Below are positions 55,929-64,000 of a stretch of 64,000 nt of DNA, in pieces (within the stretch, counting starts at the first letter, position 1; every line of letters starts with the position of its first letter). The stretch comes from Octopus vulgaris (Eukaryota). The position numbers were made by a program, and so were the translations under genes. Below the pieces are notes generated by a model. It worked only from the letters and a program-made list of their open reading frames with translations, ran no database searches and was not told the DNA's origin. The stretch is taken from positions 30,256,001 through 30,320,000 of the forward strand of contig OX597826.1 in NCBI GenBank assembly GCA_951406725.2. Direction: 5' to 3'.

Positions 55929-56043
55929 TCTATTAATAATATTATCAATACTGTTCATATCGTCGACGCTAGTAGCGTCTCATGCTGGAAATATATATAT
56001 ATATATATATATATATCAGTATGTGCATATATATATATATCAG

Positions 56044-56080
<37 letters not shown>

Positions 56081-56509
56081 GCATATGTATATATACATAC
56101 ATAAATATACATGATTATAAACATATATAAAATAATAGATTTACTGATTAATGTTGCTGATTGTTAGCATGGAATATTGGCAAACCAGCATTTAAAGATA
56201 AATATGGAGTGTTTATGTTGAACGTGTTATGATAAATCGAATCATTTATCGTTGTATCTATTGCATACAATACAGATTCTATGACATGCAGTTGCATGTG
56301 TATGTGTGTATACATGTACGCATGTGTGCGGGGCTGTGTTGTCTTTGTATGTATGTATGTATGGATGGATGGATGGGTGTATGTGTATATATCTGTGTCT
56401 ATAAATCTATACAAATACAGACATATATTGAAGCAGAGAAACACAAAGAAACACATATATTGATGAATGGATGGATATATGCAACTATAAGCGAAAAGAA
56501 ACATTGGTG

Positions 56510-57030
<521 letters not shown>

Positions 57031-57249
57031 ATACTAGTTTTCAACTACCAAGAATCTTTCCGTTGATTAGTCTGTTCCCCTCTCACTACTTTCAATATAT
57101 GCGTATTCTCATGGGTATATATATACATATATATGGTCCTTTGGTGGGTATACGTATTCAGCCGTTTGGACTATTGCTCCTGGCTATGGGTACTACATAG
57201 TATAAAATGAACGTCAGAACTCGAAACAATCTACCGAAACGAGACAAAG

Positions 57250-57680
57250 AAAATCGTCTCAATGCAATGTATCTGCTATTGGGACAGGCTGAAAGAGTTA
57301 AAAATATTCTCCCTAGAACGAAGACGCGAAAGATATGCAGTGATATACATCTAGAAAATCTTGGAACACCTTATACCAAACTTTGGCATTGAAAGTTACA
57401 TAAACAGCAGATCGGGGCGCCAGTGAATAATGTCAAAGATCCTAGCATCATCATCAAAATACAGGACCAGATTCTTCAATAGCTTGGCTTTCAAAGGTCC
57501 ACAGATCTTCACTATCCTTTCAAACTGCCTGAGAGACCCGCATGGTGTGGATGTAGGTTTCTCAAAATAAAACTGCATCTCCTTCTGTCCAGGGGACCAG
57601 ACGAGCCTGCCGCATAGCAGAAAACACAAATAAGAGTGGCAGGATTAAACTCCCTCATTCACTGAATGCCACATATATGC
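57250..57680 (+). mobile_element. CR1-clade LINE 3' fragment
   Basis: YWDRLKELKIFSLERRRERYAVIYI*KILEHLIPNFGI...NSLAFKGPQIFTILSNCLR...KIKLHLLLSRGPDEP...NSLI. Confidence 0.85.
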
Positions 57681-57794
57681 GGATCAATGGTGGTGTAATA
57701 TTTTATGTACAACTGACTACATTATGAAACAGCTGTATAAAGGAATGGATTTAACAACTACTCTCTCACCCCACATCTCTCATGTCTTATTTAC

Positions 57795-57975
57795 TTACAC
57801 ACACACACACGCGCGTACACACACACACACGCACACACACACACACATACATACATGCATTCATACATACATACATTCATACATACATACATTCATACAT
57901 ACATACATTCATACATACATATGTGTGAGAGTGTGTAGAAATATAGACATAAATATGTATCTATTGACAGAGAGG

Positions 57976-58009
<34 letters not shown>

Positions 58010-58057
58010 AACAGGCAGACAAACAAACAGACAGACAGACAGATAGACAGATAGATG

Positions 58058-58138
<81 letters not shown>

Positions 58139-58226
58139 GCAAATAGATAGAAAGATAGACAGACAGACAGACAGATAGATAGATATATAGATAGACAGAC
58201 AGATAGATAGAAAGATAGATATATGG

Positions 58227-58270
<44 letters not shown>
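57795..58270. repeat. (CA)n/(TACA)n/(GACA)n/(GATA)n microsatellites
   Basis: Seen directly. Confidence 0.9.
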
Positions 58271-59199
58271 CCACGTACACATATATTTATCAGTGTTATA
58301 TATTTTGACATTTAAAAAATATATGAATATATTCAGACATATTTTCAGATTAGTTGAATTTCAAAGTTGAGAATATTGTAATATTTATTAATATAAAGTA
58401 CGTAGTATTGAAGACATCCTTTTAGCATTGTTTAAGCCATTGCAGAAGCAAGATATTACATAACTTGAAGAGAATGTGTGTTTAAGAAAATGGATGAAAC
58501 AGCTTATGCAAATGAGACGGTGAAGAATATGTAATCGCTGATGGTGTGTCATATTTCGACATATATTTATTCCAAACATATTCCGGATTTTCGTCTTAGT
58601 CATTTATCTTCTTAACAGAAATGATGGTTGTTACTTAGTGAAAAAAGAAAAACACAAAACAAAAGAAGCAAGACAAGGCATTGTTTTGTTTTGTTGTTTT
58701 CTGTGTAGCAATTCACTAAAAGAGAAAATGTGATGTCATTTAATGCAAAACTGGAAATAGCTACACATGCAAGCGCATATATAATCACAATAAGTATGTG
58801 TGTGAATATATATATATATATATATATATTTATAAATACATACATACATACACACACATATTTAAATATACACATATAAATATATATAAATATATGCATA
58901 TATACAAAAATATATGTACATACCTGCATATATATATATATATACCTGCATATATGGGTACAGGACATCAAAAAACGTTGAACACATTGAGAAACGGAAA
59001 CGTAGAAAACGAACATTTTTTCGAACAACGTAAAAAACAAACAGAGAAACGAGACATGCGACATAAAGAATATTCCGCTTCATCAGTTGTCCCTATATAT
59101 AGGTTTTATATAATTATTATATGATCGAACGCCACACATTCATTCCCAAGTTTATATATATATATATATATATATATTTTATTTTTATTTTATAGAAGG

Positions 59200-59250
59200 A
59201 GCTTCTACAGGACTAGAACTGTTTCATTCAAATGAAATCATCAGGAAGCT
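59200..59250 (-). ncRNA. Type-I hammerhead ribozyme with three well-formed stems
   Basis: AGCUUC-CUGAUGA-U UUC auuu GAA U-GAA ACAG uucuaguc CUGU A-GAAGCU: 6-bp stem I, 4-bp stem III, GUA triplet; ends ~25 nt from (TA)n. Confidence 0.8.
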
Positions 59251-59538
59251 TGGTGTCAAGAATAGTTTTGGCATTTATACATTTAGGCAGATTTAATGGG
59301 GTGGTGGTGGGGGACTTTTTCTATAAAATAAATTAATTTACTCTGCTATGTATTGAGTACCTTACTTACTGTGGTTAACCCCGACTCAACCCGGGACCTA
59401 CATATATATATATATATACAAATACATACATACATATATATATATGCATATATACTAGTACATATTTATATAAAAATATACCCACGTTTGCAGGCATGTA
59501 TATGTCCATGTATGAACGTACTTATGTATATGTATATG

Positions 59539-59576
<38 letters not shown>

Positions 59577-59620
59577 TACACATACACACACTTGTAAATT
59601 TAGGCATATAAATGGTTAAT

Positions 59621-59687
<67 letters not shown>

Positions 59688-60449
59688 GAAGGTGGTGTGC
59701 CAGGCAACCGAGAACGAAACATGACAGAAGGTAAACCATCAACAATTACTAAACACCACTCACACACACACACGTTCATATGTGCAATGTTGAACACTTT
59801 TCATTGAAAATTAATAAAGGCATTAGATTAAAGGACCCTTAACTGCATGTCGTTTTATTGGTCCTTGACAAAAACCACCAGCCATCTCTATGCCGAGTGT
59901 ATGTCACTGTGAGACTCACTAGATCTGAATCCTCAACAGAAGTAGCCTCTCTGGGTTCCAATTGCGCTATAGAGACGTTAAAGGTGATAAAAACCTGGGA
60001 CCCACATTCATTTTGAAGTCTCTGGATTACATAATTCTCTTTCCTCTTGTCAGGGATAAAATTACTATTCTTTACTGTATCTCTTGGAAGTAAAAATGGA
60101 TAGTCTCAAACTGCATGGAAGCGTGTCGAATAAAATATAACTCTAATTAAAAAATAATCCAGTTTTGTTACACTTACACACACATCCATACACACACACA
60201 TACAAGCACAAACACAGAAATACACACATGCACAAATGCACAGTCACTCACGAACACACACAAAAGTTTATATGCATGCACAAGCACGAACACACAAACA
60301 ACGTTATGCTAATTCCACAATGAGTATTACGCTAAGGGCACAAGAATACGGTTGCCTTAGAAATACGCAGTCAATTACTCGCTGAATTCTATAAAATTGG
60401 TAATTCCGTCGAGTGAACCATTACAAATTCTTGCTCACAAATATTCTCA

Positions 60450-60720
60450 CGGATATCTTTTATCTTTTAATTTTTTAGTCAGTAGACTGCGACCATTGCT
60501 GGGGAACTGCCACAAAGGGTTTAGTTGAACAGATTGACCAGAGTACTTATATTTTTCAAATTCCGGTGCTAGTTTTATCAGTCTCCTTCGCTGAACACCA
60601 AAGTCATAGGGCCATAAGCAAACCAGCATCAGTTGTTAAGAAGTGGTGATGGGAAAAATACAAGCACTAAGACCACGCATTTAGATACATACATATATAT
60701 ATATGTAGAAGCCCGTCGTG
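60450..60720 (-). mobile_element. SINE family B 3' part
   Basis: GACTGCGACCATTGCTGG...AAACCAGCATCAGTTGTTAAG. Confidence 0.7.
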
Positions 60721-60764
60721 TATATATATATACATATGTATATGTATGTACATATATATATATG

Positions 60765-60819
<55 letters not shown>

Positions 60820-60859
60820 GTATGTATGTGTATATATATATATATATGCATATATATAT

Positions 60860-60960
60860 AGTTCAAATTTATAGAGAAATAAAGACGAAGCCAGGTGCTG
60901 GAACAAAAAGCAAATGTATTAGTTTGACTCGCGGGGAAAATGTAAAAGTCTTTTACATAT
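60860..60960 (-). mobile_element. PLE terminal fragment at (TA)n
   Basis: AAAGACGAAGCCAGGTG...AATGTATTAGTTTGAC resembles 28808-28890 (AAAGACGAAGGCGGGTG...TTGTATTAGTATGGC). Confidence 0.6.
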
Positions 60961-61327
60961 ACAAATACATATATATTCCAAGACATAAAGGAGTTGAAGA
61001 ATAATGAAGCAAATTTGTTTACTACTGTGTTATTCCCTTTATTATTCCTCTACGTTATATATATATATATATATATAGTGAGCCCCTATCACTAGCTTGT
61101 GATTGTCTCGCACCTAGGACGGGAAAAAATCTGGAAACCTAGGTCTGTGAGTATCACGAAGCATAGAGATGGGAGCGATGGCCTTTCTTGCTTATGCTAT
61201 ACGGACACAAAATGTGTGTCAATAACCAACTGGAAAAGATGCTTTCAGGACTGTCACATACTGTTGGCAAATATACTTCACGTTTCTGTGCTCCTACTGT
61301 TTAGTTCTCGCTCAGAGATTTATGATT

Positions 61328-61393
<66 letters not shown>

Positions 61394-61394
61394 C

Positions 61395-61540
61395 CCTCTA
61401 CCAAAGTCACTAGGCAACCCAACGAGGTATTGATCAACCCAAGGCTCTAGTAGAAGATTGTTGCTCAAGGTACCAGGCAGTGGGATTGAAACCGGAATCA
61501 TGAGGTTTGGAAGCAAACTCCTCACTGCACAGCCACGACT
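61395..61540 (-). mobile_element. SINE family B 5' part
   Basis: GGCTCTAGTAGAAGA...CAGTGGGATTGAAACC...CACAGCCAC. Confidence 0.75.
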
Positions 61541-61892
61541 TCGTCTATCTATTTCAGAATGTTGGGCGTTACCTTGGAAACAGACAAATAATATGTTGGC
61601 CCAGTTCTTGAAAATCAATGAAAATAGTACGAAGTAAATATATTCTTTTAAATAAATTTATATTCCTTGTATCAGTTTTTAAGTAAAAGTCTTACCTCTG
61701 GCAGAATTTTGACTAACTATTCTCAACGGATAAGTCCATAATAACCAACTGTCTTACGTTTGTTACCTTAAGCGTTTGAGATAATGGCTGTTCTTGTAGG
61801 CAACGCGTGAGCATTTAACACACACATACACACTAACATATACATATATATATATATATGTGTGTGTGTTTGTTTGTGTGTGTTTGTGTGTA

Positions 61893-61931
<39 letters not shown>

Positions 61932-62603
61932 TACGTATATTTTCTGTGAAGAAAGCAACAACGAAATATATATAATCTTCGTGTGTGTTCCTTGCCTGTT
62001 TGAAACAGTAATCTTGTGGAATATAAGGAAGATAGGAAACGGTAAATGTTTGGACAGCTGATTAGTATAATGAATAAGAACATCACCAGCATTGCTGTTG
62101 CTTATGGGGATATTAATACTGCTGCTGCTGTTGATGAAGATGAAAGTGACTACCACGACGGCGGCGTTGATGATGTTGATGTCTATGGTGACGACTGCCT
62201 CATATGCACGGTGTTTATGGAGGAATATGTACGTATATATGAAAGGGAGAGGATTTTCGCGTGTTACAAAATTAATCAAACTCTTTGTCTACGTAAGTGT
62301 GTGTATTCATTTAAATACAAGTTTTTGTGTTCTTAGAATAGTACAACAGTAGAAGAGCGGGGGAAATAATTCAGAGAACCAGAGGCGAGTAATGTATATA
62401 TTTTAGTACACGTTTATGAATATTAATAATTCAGAATTTTATTCAAACAATTTATTCAAACAATCGAGATAATTTTCACACAGGCTTTCAGTAACTGCTG
62501 GCAGATTAACTTCATCTAAAGACACTTTTGCTCACAATGCTGTGTTTCAGTCAAAAATATATTCACACTCACACATACATACACACACGCACATATGTAA
62601 ATA

Positions 62604-62810
62604 CTGTATTTTCCGGCATACAAATCGAATATATTTGACTGTAATTTACAGCCATAAAAAGTAGGTCTATTTATACACCGAGACGACTCTGAAAGACCAA
62701 ACATTTCATGTGAAATGCAACAGGTTTTGGAAAGATGGTGGCGATGTTTGAATGGCTACACTACATGTTTATACTATGTATTACGTCAATTTGTGTGCCG
62801 GAAAACACAG
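62604..62810. mobile_element. Tc2/pogo-like MITE with TA TSD
   Basis: TA-CTGTATTTTCCGGCATACAAAT...ATTTGTGTGCCGGAAAACACAG-TA. Confidence 0.8.
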
Positions 62811-63289
62811 TAAATAGAAGGAGAATTTTAGTAGCATAAAACTATACACATAGAAATTCAAATATATGAAGATGGATAGTCCTATAGCTAGGTATGAAGA
62901 TTCGTATATAAATCACCAAAGAGCCATATATATAAATATCTGAAAATGTCAGGAATCTGGCTCAATTATAAACACTTTTGCTTTTAGCATCATTTATTAC
63001 TCCCTTCATATTTTTGGATCCATTTCATAAATTTATTGATAAACGCTGAGTATAGAAATACGAGCCCCATAATGTTATACACCCGGTAATAGCATAGGTA
63101 AGAGAAACAGGAAAAGTCTGCTATGATAATCTAAAGGCATATATGAATATATTACCATATGCAAATAATTGGTGCAGACGACCACTTGCTTGCTCGCTAA
63201 ACAACTTCGTTTCACATCTGCGTATTTTTCAGGTATCGGTCTCAGTTTGCGGCGCCTTGCTTTATTTTCTGCTATAACTTCGAACTGGT

Positions 63290-63790
63290 TCATTCAATCA
63301 GCTAGAAATAACATTCGGATACCCCTCGATCTATATCCTACCGTCCTAAATCGAACAAGCCGGTACTCTGGGTGCTCTGTCCGTAGAAAAAAGACGGGAG
63401 TGTCACGGCTGGAACATCCTTGATGATGAATCGATTCTATCAAATCTGTTCTGAAGTTAAACAACAACAACAAAAACCATAGCCTCGGTTTGAATTAATA
63501 CGCACCAACGTAGTTTTCGGTATCGAACCGAGCTCGCGGCATCTTGGCTGTTTACCTTAGCATGGATGAGCTAACGTGCCAGCTTCTACGTAGCTACACA
63601 ATCTTCAAGAAATAACAGTAAAATTTCACTGAAACAACACGTTAGAATCTTACAAATAAAACATGCTAGATAATATGGGCTGGGGTTTCTGCACATAGGA
63701 AAAAGCAGGATAGTCATAACCAGAGAGCCTTTGATCATGAATAAGGTCTATCGAGACAGATCTAGGGTTAAACAGCAGCAAAACAATAAC
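63290..63790 (+). mobile_element. Two diverged copies of repeat family D
   Basis: GCTAGAAATAAC...CACGGCTGGAAC...TTAAACAACAAC and CCTTTGATCAT...GGGTTAAACAGCAGC. Confidence 0.6.
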
Positions 63791-64000
63791 GACAAGGACC
63801 CGTGTCATAGGTTTACAACGACTGAACCATTGTGAGTGAAATGTAGAAGACCAAAATAGTGTAGAAGCCCTTCTGAGGGTCAATTTCTGGGTTAGTGTAA
63901 AGGATTTAATCCCTCACCTACTTCTGATCTGTTGATGCCTCTAACGAAAACCACTATGTTACGAGCATTGGGGCAGGGATCATCTGATGGTAACTTCTTA

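Noticed and set aside
59060-59095. CTGATGA on the minus strand in a TA-flanked segment (also CTGATGA on plus at ~41314)
   Set aside because: No correctly placed GAAA or stems.

Overview
AT-rich, repeat-saturated eukaryotic DNA, intergenic or deep-intronic. The dense (TA)n/(TACA)n/(GATA)n/(CA)n microsatellites and the tRNA-derived SINE families point to a coleoid cephalopod, most likely Octopus (inference from recognised repeat sequence, not from a search). I found no intact host protein-coding gene; nearly all ORFs in the supplied track are microsatellite translations. Recognisable content: dozens of SINE copies from about four families; LINE fossils (RTE-BovB, R4/Dong, L1/Tx1, CR1); DNA-transposon fossils and MITEs (mariner, Tc2/pogo-like, Chapaev3, an 8-bp-TSD MITE); a Penelope-like element (PLE) remnant with a GIY-YIG endonuclease; and a histone-H1-like tail fragment. 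The main hidden signal is about 11 minimal type-I hammerhead-ribozyme (HHR) motifs from several unrelated sequence families. Most lie in short non-coding segments next to (TA)n arrays and/or folded back into inverted repeats. They include a non-coding, tandemly iterated ~572-bp HHR-bearing unit (17239-18164; a relative at 36832-37166) that looks like a retrozyme or non-autonomous PLE. Coordinates were read by eye; boundaries of old repeats are approximate.
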